From Deltaproteobacteria bacterium (GTDB lineage Bacteria > Desulfobacterota > Dissulfuribacteria > Dissulfuribacterales > JALVPX01): a DNA stretch of 61,837 nucleotides. The stretch spans positions 1 through 61,837 of the forward strand of contig JALVVK010000015.1 in the NCBI GenBank assembly GCA_027023445.1. The letters are read 5' to 3'. The position numbers and the translations under genes are program-made. The notes under the pieces are model-generated. The model had not been told where the DNA came from, made no database searches, and saw only the letters and a list, made by a program, of their open reading frames with translations. Of the stretch, positions 1 to 10,261 are shown in pieces (the first letter of the stretch is position 1; each line of letters opens with the position of its first letter).

Positions 1-51
1 GATTTCAAAGGTATGATGACAGCTGTTGCATGTAAATTCATGTATTGGCAT
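1..51 (-). CDS. 5' end of a FmdB-family zinc-ribbon protein (runs off the window edge)
   Basis: Minus strand reads MPIHEFTCNSCHHTFEI, matching the MPxYEYxCxxC..FE start of the family; AGGAGG RBS upstream. Confidence 0.8.
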   Translation of the reverse strand, partial: MPIHEFTCNSCHHTFEI

Positions 52-569
52 GATTAATTCCTCCTGGTACCGATCGGCCGCTTATGGTTGATAATTCCTG
101 CCTGTCCGGTTCGGTGTTCTCCATTCCTGATCCGGCATATAATATGGCCTTGCGGCACAGGTTTCAACCCGGATTTAGGGCAAAAGAGGAGAAATCAATG
201 CCAGGGGTGCGGAGCGGCGCATTGGCAAGAAATCCAGGCTAAACGAAACAGGGGATGGGGGCAATCTTACGCCCCTTCCTCAGCAGGGGAAATCAGGTAA
301 AATTGTCATTGTCAATGCCCGGTTTTGGATGGATCTCAAGGGTAAGGTGGGCGTTGTCCATGCGATCAACCGGGGTAAACATCTGGTAACCAGCCGCTTC
401 GGTGAACGCCTCAACGGCATCCACATTCTCTTCCTGCCTTGATTTTACCTCACAGGCATCATCTGCGAAATTGTGAAATCCGGCCAGCGATGTGGTAAAA
501 GTCTGGGGAAATCACGGGCCTGCCAGGGCCTGACAAGTTAACAGATCATGAAACCAGAGGGCTCAAACC

Positions 570-1391
570 ATGGATAATGGATCAGTGAAACATACCTTTT
601 TTCTTGGAGTAGACATAGGCAATACCCACACGGTCATAGGCCTTTTCAAGGGTGTGGAGCTCCTCAGGACCTGGCGCATACGCACCCGAAAGGATGCCAC
701 GGAGGATGAATTATGGGCACTGTTATCACAGCTCATTCGAGAAGAAAACCTCATTGGGGAACGGATTGAAGATATTGTAATATGCTGTGTTGTTCCTCCT
801 CTTGTCGATCCATGGACAAGGCTTTCCGTTGCTCATTTCGGGCATGAGCCCCTTGTTATCAACTCCAGGACCCCTCTTGACATAAAGATAAAATATGAAA
901 GACCTTACGAACTTGGAGCTGATCGAATCGCCAACGCCATGGCTGCGTTCAGAAGGTACAAAAAGGCGGTTATAGTAGTGGATTATGGTACGGCTATTAC
1001 CTTTGATTGCATATCAACTCATGGAGAATACCTTGGAGGTGCGATCGCGCCGGGAATACAGCTCTCGGCCGAGGCGCTTTTCAAGGGTACTTCCAGGCTG
1101 CCCAGGGTGGACCTTTCCAGGGAACCAGGGGCCGTTATCGCCCAGGATACGGCCAGCGCAATCCAGGTCGGCCTGCTCTACGGATTCTCCGGCCTGACCG
1201 ACCGGATAGTGCGGGCCCTTGCCGAACAGTTTGATGACCGGCCAGAGGTAATAGCGACAGGAGGCCTGTCTTCGGTGATAGTGCCCTACTGCGAAACGGT
1301 AAAAAAGATTATCCCGAATCTGACACTTGAGGGAATAGCTGAAATCTATAAACAATTAACCTTCACGCAAAGTGCTGCTCCGCGCCATTAA
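570..1391 (+). CDS. coaX: Type III pantothenate kinase
   Basis: DIGNT, LGADR, VVDYGTAITFD, GGAIAPG and VIATGG motifs. Confidence 0.96.
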   Translation: MDNGSVKHTFFLGVDIGNTHTVIGLFKGVELLRTWRIRTRKDATEDELWALLSQLIREENLIGERIEDIVICCVVPPLVDPWTRLSVAHFGHEPLVINSRTPLDIKIKYERPYELGADRIANAMAAFRRYKKAVIVVDYGTAITFDCISTHGEYLGGAIAPGIQLSAEALFKGTSRLPRVDLSREPGAVIAQDTASAIQVGLLYGFSGLTDRIVRALAEQFDDRPEVIATGGLSSVIVPYCETVKKIIPNLTLEGIAEIYKQLTFTQSAAPRH

Positions 1392-1690
1392 GCATGAAAA
1401 TGCTGAATGATAAACCCGGATTATGTACTTCAAGTGTCTGAGAAAATGATTTTGGTCGAATAATTAAAGACTTAGCCGCAATCCAGCCAGACACTTTGTT
1501 CGCCTAAAAGTGCGGTTTCCTCCAGTGTTATATCTCAGGTGTTTGAAGCCACCGGGCGGCATAATCCGGGATAAATGGTAAATTTTAAATTGAGGCAAAC
1601 AAGTTTTTATTAAATTCGGAAAGATATAAATAAGTTAGTGTCTGAATTTAACATTCAGGATTTACCATTTAACATGGTATTTTCAATGTA
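1392..1690. repeat. REP-like AT-rich heptamer-palindrome repeat, interrupted by a MITE
   Basis: GCATGAAAATGCTGAATGATAAA|TGGTAAATT...ACATTCAGGATTTACCATTTAACAT aligns with uninterrupted copies at 34595-34720 and 58973-59110. Confidence 0.85.
1415..1570. mobile_element. 156-bp MITE-like element with terminal inverted repeats and a 5-bp target duplication
   Basis: Ends CCCGGATTATG...CATAATCCGGG; ATAAA on both sides (1410-1414, 1571-1575); interior matches the reverse complement of about 19000-19136. Confidence 0.88.
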
Positions 1691-1743
1691 TATCCATGGC
1701 TAATCAGAAAATGCATTTTCGGATAGAAATACACCCATCATCT

Positions 1744-2283
1744 TTAACCTTGAGCCTTTAACTTTGAGCTCTGAGCTGTCTGGCAGTCCATGATGGACTC
1801 GATTTTCCTGTTCAGCTCGGACAGGGCGAAAGGTTTGGGGATAAACCCCTTTATGCCATCTCTGACGGCCTGGTCCAGCTGGGAACTTTCAACATATCCG
1901 CTGGCCAGTATGGCCTTGATCCCGGGGTCCATTTCCTTGAGTCTGCGGAAGGCGTCAACCCCGCTCATTCCCGGCATCATGACATCCAGTAACACTATAT
2001 CCACCTGATCCCCGTAGGCGCTGTAATAATCCAGAGCGGCCTGACCACTGGAAACGGCATGGACCTCGTACCCTATGGACTCCAGCATTTCCTTGAGGAG
2101 ATCCCTTATCATGGGCTCGTCATCCACGACAAGTATCTTCACTTTGCCACGCTTCTTCTGGATATCCTTGGTAAAATTAAGAGATTTAAACGATGAATGT
2201 CTATATAAGAAATAATCCCGTTCCAGACAGGAGGGATGATAATTGTTTTCCCTGAATGACAAGTTGCCCTGCGCACTCCCCAT
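1744..2283 (-). CDS. Single-domain response regulator (receiver); alternative GTG start at 2142
   Basis: KILVVDDE, DIVLLDVMMPGMSG, ILASGY and FIPKPF receiver motifs. Confidence 0.88.
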   Translation of the reverse strand: MGSAQGNLSFRENNYHPSCLERDYFLYRHSSFKSLNFTKDIQKKRGKVKILVVDDEPMIRDLLKEMLESIGYEVHAVSSGQAALDYYSAYGDQVDIVLLDVMMPGMSGVDAFRRLKEMDPGIKAILASGYVESSQLDQAVRDGIKGFIPKPFALSELNRKIESIMDCQTAQSSKLKAQG

Positions 2284-2596
2284 TGTCGTTACCCCCGGAA
2301 CCTTACGCGAAAAAAATGTGCGCCATCCGGAAAATATGGCTTTCCCGGGCACACATGAAAGCTTCCCGGATTGGATCCGCAGACAGAAGCGGACGCATCC
2401 AGATTTTCCCAAAACTTAACTAATGAAATAAATTACAAAAACATGATTTTGGCTGATTTTTAATGAAATTATAGCTTAGAGAACGTCTTTTGGCAACTCT
2501 TTATCGCCATAAGATATAACTGTCTAAAATTGCCTGAAAAAAGAGTTTTCAAACGAAAAAAGCCTGAAAAAACGGAGGGATATGGATCTGAAAAAA

Positions 2597-3892
2597 TTAA
2601 TTGTCAGGGGCCTCCAGGACCTCCAGGAGCGCCTGTGCCTGACGGGTAGCGGCCCCGCGGGAGAGCTCCTTCAGCGCCCTTAAAGCGGCTCGTCCCATTT
2701 TTCCCCGCATGGTCTCATCCTGGAAAATATCACGCACATGTCTGCTGAGATCTGCCCCGTCATTGACAGTGATACCCCCTTCATAGCGCTCCATAAAGGC
2801 CTTTGCCTCTTCAAAGTTGTCCATGTGAGGGCCGAAAAACACCGGACATCCCCAGGCGGCAGGTTCCATGATATTCTGCCCCCCCCTTGGAACCAGGGAT
2901 CCACCCACAAATGCCGCAGTAGCAAGGCCATAGAGATCAAAAAGAGGACCTATGACGTCCACTACGACCACATCGGCGGAACGGGTCTCACCCAGGTCAA
3001 GTTTACTCCAGAGGACATATGAAATCTTTTCTGAACGAAGCCTTTTTTCCAGCTCTGGCACCAGACCAGGATGCCTTGGAACGGCAAAAAACACCATTTT
3101 GGGCCACTGTTTTTGCAGGTCAAGGTAGACCCTTATCACCTGCGACTCCTCTCCTGATCGGAGGCTGCCAGCCACAAAAACCTTTGAGGAAACAGGGATG
3201 TTCAGCCGTTCTCTGAGCGCATCCACCCTGGACGAATTCGGCCTTGTCAAAAGGCCTTCGAATTTGGCATTCCCGGTCACGGATATTCGCTCCTCCGGGG
3301 CGCCAAGGGCCTTGAGGCGTTCGGCATGCACCTCGGAGATGGCGCAAATCCGGCTAAAACCGGACAACAGGGGGGCGACCATTGATTTCAGCCTCATATA
3401 CCTCGGGAAGGATTTTACGGATATCCTTCCATTGAGCAAAACGGTTTTGCTGCCACTCAGGCGCATTGCCTGCAGCAGGTTGGGCCATAATTCCGTCTCA
3501 AGGGAGGCGTATACCCGGGGCTTCAACTGCTGAACCAGATGCTGAACCACCTGTGGAAAATCAAGGGGATAAGGGATAACGGAACAGCGCTCTCCAAGCG
3601 AAGACATAGCACGGGCAAAACCCGCAGGGGTGGTGGATGAAAGCAGGATGCGAAGATGCCGGCCGGGTAGCAGGCAATCCAGCGCCCTTACCATGGCCTC
3701 CGCTACTGACACCTCTCCCACTGATACTGCCTGGAGCCATATATCCTGCGGTCCAAGAGCGACCAGTTCAGGCGGAACATGCCCCAGACGCCCGGCCCAC
3801 ATCCCTTCTCCTTCCCATCTGGACCATGCCTCCAGGAACGGCCTGGCCAGTACATAGACGGCACCTGATAATTTTTCATACGCCTTTAGCAT
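2597..3892 (-). CDS. waaA: Kdo transferase
   Basis: WLQAVSVGE, ETELWPN, NGRIS, TGNAKF, VPRHP and FVGGSLVPRGGQNIMEPA motifs. Confidence 0.95.
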   Translation of the reverse strand: MLKAYEKLSGAVYVLARPFLEAWSRWEGEGMWAGRLGHVPPELVALGPQDIWLQAVSVGEVSVAEAMVRALDCLLPGRHLRILLSSTTPAGFARAMSSLGERCSVIPYPLDFPQVVQHLVQQLKPRVYASLETELWPNLLQAMRLSGSKTVLLNGRISVKSFPRYMRLKSMVAPLLSGFSRICAISEVHAERLKALGAPEERISVTGNAKFEGLLTRPNSSRVDALRERLNIPVSSKVFVAGSLRSGEESQVIRVYLDLQKQWPKMVFFAVPRHPGLVPELEKRLRSEKISYVLWSKLDLGETRSADVVVVDVIGPLFDLYGLATAAFVGGSLVPRGGQNIMEPAAWGCPVFFGPHMDNFEEAKAFMERYEGGITVNDGADLSRHVRDIFQDETMRGKMGRAALRALKELSRGAATRQAQALLEVLEAPDN

Positions 3893-4664
3893 GACTGTCA
3901 CCAAATCCCGCGCTTTTCCCCTTGCGATCCTGCCTCAGGGCCTCGTAAAGAAAGACCGTGGCCGCTGCGGAAACATTCAGGGAATCCACCGGCCTGCAGG
4001 AGGGAATCCTGAGCATAATATCACATGTCTGCCTTACAAGCTTCCTGAGCCCCGTACCCTCTGAACCCAAGACCATCACGGAATTTCCGGAGATGTCGGC
4101 ATCCCACAGTGCCTTGTCTGCCCCTGGATGAAGTCCGAAGACCCAGAAGTGACCGTCTTTTAGGATCTTCAAGGCACGAACCAGGTTGGACACGGTACAT
4201 ACCCTGACATGAACCGCAAGACCCGCGGAGGCCTTTATCACAGTACCGTTTACCTGGGCTGATCCCCTTTTTTGAAGCAGAACAAAACCGCCTGGTGCCA
4301 GGGCCGCCACGGAACGCAAAATGGCACCAAGGTTCCTTGGATCCGTAATCTGGTCGCAGGCGACAACGGTCGTCTGTTTTTGGGTTTGTCCTGAGGACAG
4401 GATACTGTTTAAATCCGACTTCCACACCGGAGACACAAGGGCAACCACCCCCTGATGCACTGCCTCCGGGAGGACACTGCCAGCAGGAAACACCTTTACC
4501 CTCGAAATCTCAATCCCTCTGGAGGAAGCCAGATCCAGTAACCTTGCCTGATGGGCCTTTTTGCCAAACGATGGCAGGGCCGATATCCCGTGGACGGAAT
4601 CCGGCCTGGCCTTTAAAAACTCCTCCACTGGATGAGTCCCCCAGATCGGGACTAAATCTTCCAT
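3876..4664 (-). CDS. rlmB: 23S rRNA 2'-O-methyltransferase, RlmB/TrmH (SPOUT) family
   Basis: HQGVVA, DQITDPRNLGAILRS, LGSEGTGL and SLNVS motifs. Confidence 0.9.
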   Translation of the reverse strand: MEDLVPIWGTHPVEEFLKARPDSVHGISALPSFGKKAHQARLLDLASSRGIEISRVKVFPAGSVLPEAVHQGVVALVSPVWKSDLNSILSSGQTQKQTTVVACDQITDPRNLGAILRSVAALAPGGFVLLQKRGSAQVNGTVIKASAGLAVHVRVCTVSNLVRALKILKDGHFWVFGLHPGADKALWDADISGNSVMVLGSEGTGLRKLVRQTCDIMLRIPSCRPVDSLNVSAAATVFLYEALRQDRKGKSAGFGDSHAKGV

Positions 4665-5245
4665 TTGCTCAAGACCCTCTGCGCCCTCAGCCTCCTGGCC
4701 CTGATTATGGCCTTAAGATCCTCAAGTGCCCGGGGCAGTTCGTCGTTTATTACCACGTAATCATAATCAGGTGCGGACCTGACCTCCAGCCCGGCGTTTT
4801 CCAGCCTGATGCGCAGCCTTTCGGCGTCTTCCGTGCCCCTTGCCCTCAGACGCTCCTCCAGCGCTGCCATGGACGGAGGGAGTATGAAAACAAGAACAGC
4901 TCCGGGAAACCGCTCTCTTACCTGTCTCGCGCCCTGTACATCAATGTCCAGCAGTACATCCCTTCCCGCCTCCAGGCACGAGAAGACCTCCCTGCTGCTT
5001 GTGCCGTAGCAATTTCCGTGCACCGTGGCCCATTCCAGGAATTCACCACGGGAAACCATTTCGTCAAATTTCATCCGGGAGACAAAATGGTAATCCCGCC
5101 CATCCACCTCGTTTTTTCTGGGTGGCCGGGTGGTATGAGACACGGAAAAATCTATATCGGGAACCTCTTTCAGGAGCATTTCGCACAAGGTTGTTTTCCC
5201 GGTACCTGAAGGGGCTGATATGACGAATAAATCTCCCTGAGCCAT
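4652..5245 (-). CDS. gmk: Guanylate kinase
   Basis: SAPSGTGKTT, SVSHTTRPPR, YHFVS, YGTS and DIDVQGA motifs. Confidence 0.97.
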   Translation of the reverse strand: MAQGDLFVISAPSGTGKTTLCEMLLKEVPDIDFSVSHTTRPPRKNEVDGRDYHFVSRMKFDEMVSRGEFLEWATVHGNCYGTSSREVFSCLEAGRDVLLDIDVQGARQVRERFPGAVLVFILPPSMAALEERLRARGTEDAERLRIRLENAGLEVRSAPDYDYVVINDELPRALEDLKAIIRARRLRAQRVLSKWKI

Positions 5246-5254
5246 AATATTGTT

Positions 5255-5542
5255 CTAATATTTGGGATCCTTTTCCTCTATCTTGGTCAGAAGGTCAGAG
5301 CTTAATCTTTGGGCAATGGTTTCCGCCTGAATTGCGGACAATATGACGTGGTCGCTGTCCGTAATGATGATTGACCTGGTCCTTCTTCCCTGGGTGGCGT
5401 CAATCAACTTGCTGTTGGTCTTTGCCTCTTCCCTGAGTCTCTTCATGGGTGCGGATGAAGGATTGACTATTGCCACTATCCTGTCAGTCACGATGGAGTT
5501 ACCAAAGCCTATGTTCAGCAATTTGCATTTACAACTCATCAC
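5255..5542 (-). CDS. remA: RemA/DUF370 family protein
   Basis: [10 protein letters not shown] and [31 protein letters not shown]; lies between yicC and gmk. Confidence 0.92.
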   Translation of the reverse strand: MMSCKCKLLNIGFGNSIVTDRIVAIVNPSSAPMKRLREEAKTNSKLIDATQGRRTRSIIITDSDHVILSAIQAETIAQRLSSDLLTKIEEKDPKY

Positions 5543-5706
5543 CCTTTCTCCTGTAATTTGTCAATTTATAAACAAAAAACTTTTCACTAACATGTTGGAA
5601 ACAGCATTGCATCTCTGGTAAACATGCATTGCCACATCCCGGAACACGCAACGCATTATCCGGAAAGTAAGGTCAATTTTATATAAATAAGGGCCGACAG
5701 CAAAAA

Positions 5707-6588
5707 TTAAACCAGATTTTGCACCTGTTCCCGGATCTTTTCCAGTTCGGCCTTAATATCCACCACGATGGAGGATATCTTCGCGTCAGCGGATTTTACT
5801 CCCATTGTGTTTACCTCTCTGAAAATTTCCTGGAGCAGAAAATCGAGTTTTCTTCCGACCAGGCCACTTGATTTTAACAGTGCCCTGAACTGGTTAACAT
5901 GGCTGTCCGCGCGCACCCGTTCCTCGGTAATATCAAGTCGATCTGCAAGAATCGCCGCCTCCTGCGCCACCCTTGCCTGATCCAGGGCCTGGCCTTCAAG
6001 GAGTTTGCCGAGACGCTCAATCAGGGCCTCCTGCGCACGGACCGTGTGCTGGTCCGCGCGTTCCCCCACGCCGGCCAGCATTGCCGAGATGCCTGATATC
6101 CTTTTCATGATATCTGCAGCCAGATTTTCTCCTTCCCTCTCTGACATGGAGTTAGCCATATCCAGCAGCTCATCAAGCGGAGAGCATATCATCCCCCATA
6201 GAACATCCGCGTCCATATCTCTTTCCCTGGGCCGTATCACGTCTTTCAGGTTGGCAAGGACAAAAGGCAGATCAACTTTTCCTGATAAACCCGCATCGCC
6301 TGACAGCTGTTCGCAGGTTCGAATATACGCCTTTGCCAGGCCCACGTCCGGTTCAAAGTCCACCGGCGCCATTTCCCCCAGATCCAGCATGATATTAAGA
6401 TCAATTCTGCCCCTTAACAGCCTGGCCTGAACCGTCTTCCTTATCCGGTCTTCCAGTGGAACCAGCCACCTTGGCACGCGCAGGGAGACATCACAGTATC
6501 TTCCGTTGACCGAACGAAGCTCCATGGAACAGAACCAGCCGTCCCCATATTTCCTGACCGATGCGTAGGTGGTCATACTCCGAGGCAT
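5707..6588 (-). CDS. yicC: YicC/YloC family endoribonuclease
   Basis: RSMT, ELRSVNGRY, DITEERVR, GRKLDFLLQE..RE.NT and ELEKIREQVQN motifs. Confidence 0.93.
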   Translation of the reverse strand: MPRSMTTYASVRKYGDGWFCSMELRSVNGRYCDVSLRVPRWLVPLEDRIRKTVQARLLRGRIDLNIMLDLGEMAPVDFEPDVGLAKAYIRTCEQLSGDAGLSGKVDLPFVLANLKDVIRPRERDMDADVLWGMICSPLDELLDMANSMSEREGENLAADIMKRISGISAMLAGVGERADQHTVRAQEALIERLGKLLEGQALDQARVAQEAAILADRLDITEERVRADSHVNQFRALLKSSGLVGRKLDFLLQEIFREVNTMGVKSADAKISSIVVDIKAELEKIREQVQNLV

Positions 6589-6776
6589 AAGCAACCCTCC
6601 TGATATTCCGGCTGCTCCTGATACATAAGGAGTCAGGGCAGCGCAAGATTTAACATTTGTCCCGTGGTCGTCCTGCAAATCGGTTCACGACACGTAAGGG
6701 CCGACTATACCGCGGCCGCGGATATTTGCCAGGCAAAAAAACACCTGCGGACAAGCCCGGATTATGCCATGAATTG

Positions 6777-7310
6777 TCATACTTCAGCATTTCTTCGCTG
6801 TGACATGTAGTTATCTCTCATCCGGTTCCAGAGGGAAATGGCTTCACTGGATGCGTAATCCGGATAGGTCCAGGGCAGAGGGTTGAACGATCCTGCGGTA
6901 TATACAAGGGTGAGATCAGCAAAAATTCCCTTTCCAAGATAGATTCTGTGGGTATAATTCTTGCCGCTTGCAAGTACCAGGCGCTCTGCGGTAAGGATTC
7001 CAGGGTCAATATTAACCAGTCTCTTATTCTCTTTGCTCAGTTCAGCCTCGATCTTCAGGGTCTGGTGCTTTACTTCCACCAGTTCACCCTGGTCTATCAG
7101 CCTGGCGCAACCGAAAAAACGCCTTTTCAGGTCAGAACCGAATTCACGTTCATAGTATGTAGTATAGTCAAAGGGCATAAGAGGACCTTTGAAATCACAG
7201 GGACCGTACAGGCCTGTCAGCATTTCAAAAGCCCTGTCGATAATTCCGGATTCCCGGGCAAAAATACTGAAAACAAGCTTTGCTCTGGGAGGGATCTTAG
7301 GGATACTCAT
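6777..7310 (-). CDS. DUF4416 family protein
   Basis: F.YT.YYE.EFG, VNIDPG, LASGKNYTHRIYL..GIFADLTL and LPWTYPDY motifs. Confidence 0.85.
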   Translation of the reverse strand: MSIPKIPPRAKLVFSIFARESGIIDRAFEMLTGLYGPCDFKGPLMPFDYTTYYEREFGSDLKRRFFGCARLIDQGELVEVKHQTLKIEAELSKENKRLVNIDPGILTAERLVLASGKNYTHRIYLGKGIFADLTLVYTAGSFNPLPWTYPDYASSEAISLWNRMRDNYMSQRRNAEV

Positions 7311-7337
7311 GAAAATTACCCCGCCTCCATGATTCGC

Positions 7338-7435
7338 AGTGAAAAGACAAAGGCTCAAAGGTCAAGATCCCAATGGTTAAGGCAAAAAACATCTGTCATC
7401 TTTTCTTTGAGTTTCCCGCCTTGAGCCTTGATCTT
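7338..7435. repeat. REP-like repeat, AAGGCTC/GCCTTGA heptamer variant
   Basis: AGTGAAAA left end; core GGCAAAAAACATCTGTCATCTTTT shared with the 31790-31905 copy; inverted heptamer runs. Confidence 0.7.
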
Positions 7436-8430
7436 TAAAGGTTTTTCCCGCAGGCAACAGATATTTTCTGAACCAACTCATCCAGACTGACCGTCGCGGT
7501 TCCCACCTTGCCCACAGCAATGCCTGCGGCCAGGTTGGCAAGATAGGCGGCCATGGGAAGATCGAGGCCCGCTACCACACCCAGGGCCATGGTCGCGATT
7601 ACGGTATCGCCCGCCCCGGTCACATCGAACACCTCCCTTGCCATGGTGGGAATGGTAAAGATGCTGCCATCTTCACCCCAGAGGGCCATGCCGTGTTTTC
7701 CCCTGGTAATCAGTACCCCCTTCGCGTTGGATGCTACCTTGATCCGATCCGCTATTTCCTGCAGGCCGGCGCCTTCGGCAAGGGAGATCCCTGCCATGGC
7801 TTCCGCTTCTTTTTCATTGGGAGTGACCACGGTAACTCCATTGTAAAGACCAACATTAGATGGTTTTGGATCAACAAGAAGGGGGATGGACCTTGTTTCA
7901 GACACCGAGGTCAGAATCTGCATCAGCCTGGCCGACACGACTCCTTTGGCGTAGTCCGAGACAATAATGCCATCGACGGATTGCGCCACCTTTCCCGCCA
8001 TGACCTCAAGGCTGCGTGATTCCGGCTCTTTCGGCTTCCCGTTTGATTCCCTGTCCACGCGGACAACCTGCTGCCCCCTGGCAATTATCCTGGTCTTTAA
8101 AATGGTGGGGGCATCTTCCAGGCTGATTGTCTGGCAGTCAATTCCCCTGGCCCGCGCCAGATCCTGAAAAGTACGGCCCATGTCGTCCTTTCCAAGAGTG
8201 CCGCACAGCGTGACCTTTACGCCAAGATCCCTGAGATTGTTGGCCACATTGGCCGCGCCCCCGAGAAGCAGGGTTTCGTTATGGACCTCCACCACGGGTA
8301 CCGGTGCCTCGGGAGAGATCCTTGAAACCTCACCCCAGACAAACTGATCCACCATTAGGTCGCCCACAACGAGGATGTGCCTGGAACCGGCGCGCTCAAG
8401 CGCTTCCAGTAACTGCCTGCCATCAACCAT
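7435..8430 (-). CDS. rfaE1: D-glycero-beta-D-manno-heptose-7-phosphate kinase (stand-alone HldE kinase domain)
   Basis: VGDLMVD, RISPEAPVPVV, GGAANVA, SDYAKG, TPNEKE and DVTGAGDT motifs. Confidence 0.94.
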   Translation of the reverse strand: MVDGRQLLEALERAGSRHILVVGDLMVDQFVWGEVSRISPEAPVPVVEVHNETLLLGGAANVANNLRDLGVKVTLCGTLGKDDMGRTFQDLARARGIDCQTISLEDAPTILKTRIIARGQQVVRVDRESNGKPKEPESRSLEVMAGKVAQSVDGIIVSDYAKGVVSARLMQILTSVSETRSIPLLVDPKPSNVGLYNGVTVVTPNEKEAEAMAGISLAEGAGLQEIADRIKVASNAKGVLITRGKHGMALWGEDGSIFTIPTMAREVFDVTGAGDTVIATMALGVVAGLDLPMAAYLANLAAGIAVGKVGTATVSLDELVQKISVACGKNL

Positions 8431-8434
8431 ATAA

Positions 8435-8626
8435 TTACCTCTCATCTCCTTCACCAAGGGGCCTGGCTTCCTCAATGAGCATTACCGGGATGCCCTCCCT
8501 TATTTCATAAACAAGGCGGCACCTGTAACAGATCAGGCCGTCATTGGACTGATTGAGTTTCAGCTCTCCCTTGCACTTGGGACAGGCCAGGATATCCAGA
8601 AGTTCCTTACTGACAGGGGTATTCAT
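8435..8626 (-). CDS. Trm112/YcaR family protein
   Basis: [14 protein letters not shown]...C..C...[11 protein letters not shown]. Confidence 0.93.
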   Translation of the reverse strand: MNTPVSKELLDILACPKCKGELKLNQSNDGLICYRCRLVYEIREGIPVMLIEEARPLGEGDER

Positions 8627-8648
8627 AAAATCACTCCTTTGAAAATTC

Positions 8649-9698
8649 TTATTCAAAACCTGCGCTGCGCAGGCACCTTTCCACCTCATGCAGGACCCGC
8701 TCCGGCGTAATCCCGGTCATGCACCTTGGATCAGGGCAATTGCGCATGAAACAGGGACTGCATTCAAGCCCCAGGCGCACAACCCGGTGAATATCCCCGA
8801 ACGGGCCCGTCCTCCACGGAGCCGTAGGCCCGAACAGGGCCACAACCGGCACGTCACAGGCGGCGGCAATGTGCATGGGGCCCGTGTCCGTACTGACCAC
8901 CAGTTTACTCCTCCCGTAAAGAGCGGCCAAGGTCCTGAGGCTGGTTCTCCCCGTAAGGTCCATTACAGGAAGCCTTGCCATGGACTGGATGGCCCGGGCA
9001 AGAGGCCTGTCACCGGGAGCGCCCACGACCACCGGGGTAAGCCCCCAACGGGCACGGCATTCATCCGCCACCCTGGCAAATCCCTCACACGTCCACATCT
9101 TGGTCTTCCACCTGGTGCCCGGTGTGAGCACCATAATGGATTTTGAGGCAATTCCAAGATCTGCAAGAATATTCCGGACTTCCGCGTGGGCCTTATCCCC
9201 TGTCCAGAGGGGAAAGGCCGGTTCGTCCACGTCAACTCCCAGATGCCGGACCAGCCGCAGGTACCTGAGGACCGCGTGCTCATCCCTGTCAAAGGGGGGA
9301 AGTCTTTCGTTCAGAAACAGGGAACTGCCCTCTCTCTGACCGGCAAAGCCTATCTTGCGCCTGGCCCTGCACATGCCAATGAGCAGGCCGCTTTTCAGCA
9401 ACCCCTGAAAATCCAGAGCGATATCGTACGAATCCGCCCGCAGGGCGGAAAAGAAATCATGCGTCTCACGGAAAAGACCAGGCCATGTCCCGGGCCGCAA
9501 AAGCAGGCCCGACCATCTTGAACGGGGGAAAACAAGCAGCCTGTCTATGAGCGGATTCCCCCGCAGGACCTCTGCCGCCGCATCTCCCACAGCCCAGGTA
9601 ATGCGGGCATCCGGCCAGGCGGTACGCAGCGCGTTCAGCGCGGCGAGACATTGCACCACGTCTCCGATGGCGCTGAGTTTGACTATAAGGATCCGCAT
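8649..9698 (-). CDS. waaC: LPS heptosyltransferase I-like protein (GT9)
   Basis: [32 protein letters not shown] and ALFGPT motifs. Confidence 0.85.
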   Translation of the reverse strand: MRILIVKLSAIGDVVQCLAALNALRTAWPDARITWAVGDAAAEVLRGNPLIDRLLVFPRSRWSGLLLRPGTWPGLFRETHDFFSALRADSYDIALDFQGLLKSGLLIGMCRARRKIGFAGQREGSSLFLNERLPPFDRDEHAVLRYLRLVRHLGVDVDEPAFPLWTGDKAHAEVRNILADLGIASKSIMVLTPGTRWKTKMWTCEGFARVADECRARWGLTPVVVGAPGDRPLARAIQSMARLPVMDLTGRTSLRTLAALYGRSKLVVSTDTGPMHIAAACDVPVVALFGPTAPWRTGPFGDIHRVVRLGLECSPCFMRNCPDPRCMTGITPERVLHEVERCLRSAGFE

Positions 9699-10258
9699 AT
9701 CCAACCGCACGCATCCAGAAGATCAGCCGCTACATATCCCAGCCGTTGCAGCATGTCCTCAGACATGGCTGTCAGGCTCCGTCGCCCGTAACCGGTTTTT
9801 ACCAGCACAGGCACCGAACCGGCGTTTAAGGCAAGCAGCATGTCTCTTTCGCTGTCACCTACCACATATGAAAAGGCAAGATCTATATCCAGGTCCCTGG
9901 CGGCCTTTTCCAACATGCCTGTGGCAGGTTTCCGGCAGGAACAGTCCCTGAGATATCTCCCCTTTCCCTCGGTTGGATGATGGGGGCAGTAATACCATCT
10001 GTCCACCTTTGCCCCGCGGGAATCAAGACGTCTTGTTATCTCCCTGTGAACCTCGGCCACAAAATTCTCGTCAAAAAACCCCCGGGCCACGCCTGACTGG
10101 TTGGTTACCACCACAACCCGGAAACCGTGCTGGTTGAGCAGCCTTATCCCCCTGGCCGCACCCTTGATCAGATCGAGGTCATCCATATTCCTGAGGTATT
10201 CCACCTCCTTTATTATGGTGCCATCCCTGTCCAGGAAAACCGCCCTCTTACCCGCCAT
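9683..10258 (-). CDS. gmhB: D,D-heptose-1,7-bisphosphate phosphatase
   Basis: AVFLDRDGT, TNQSGVARG, CPHHP, CSCRKP and VGD motifs. Confidence 0.95.
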   Translation of the reverse strand: MAGKRAVFLDRDGTIIKEVEYLRNMDDLDLIKGAARGIRLLNQHGFRVVVVTNQSGVARGFFDENFVAEVHREITRRLDSRGAKVDRWYYCPHHPTEGKGRYLRDCSCRKPATGMLEKAARDLDIDLAFSYVVGDSERDMLLALNAGSVPVLVKTGYGRRSLTAMSEDMLQRLGYVAADLLDACGWICGSL

Positions 10259-10261
10259 CTT

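Noticed and set aside
150-560. Open frames between the FmdB-like gene and coaX, including a TGA-bounded minus frame (possible selenoprotein) and a 14-codon ORF with a good RBS at 198
   Set aside because: No convincing start for the long frames, no clear motif and no recognisable SECIS; left unannotated
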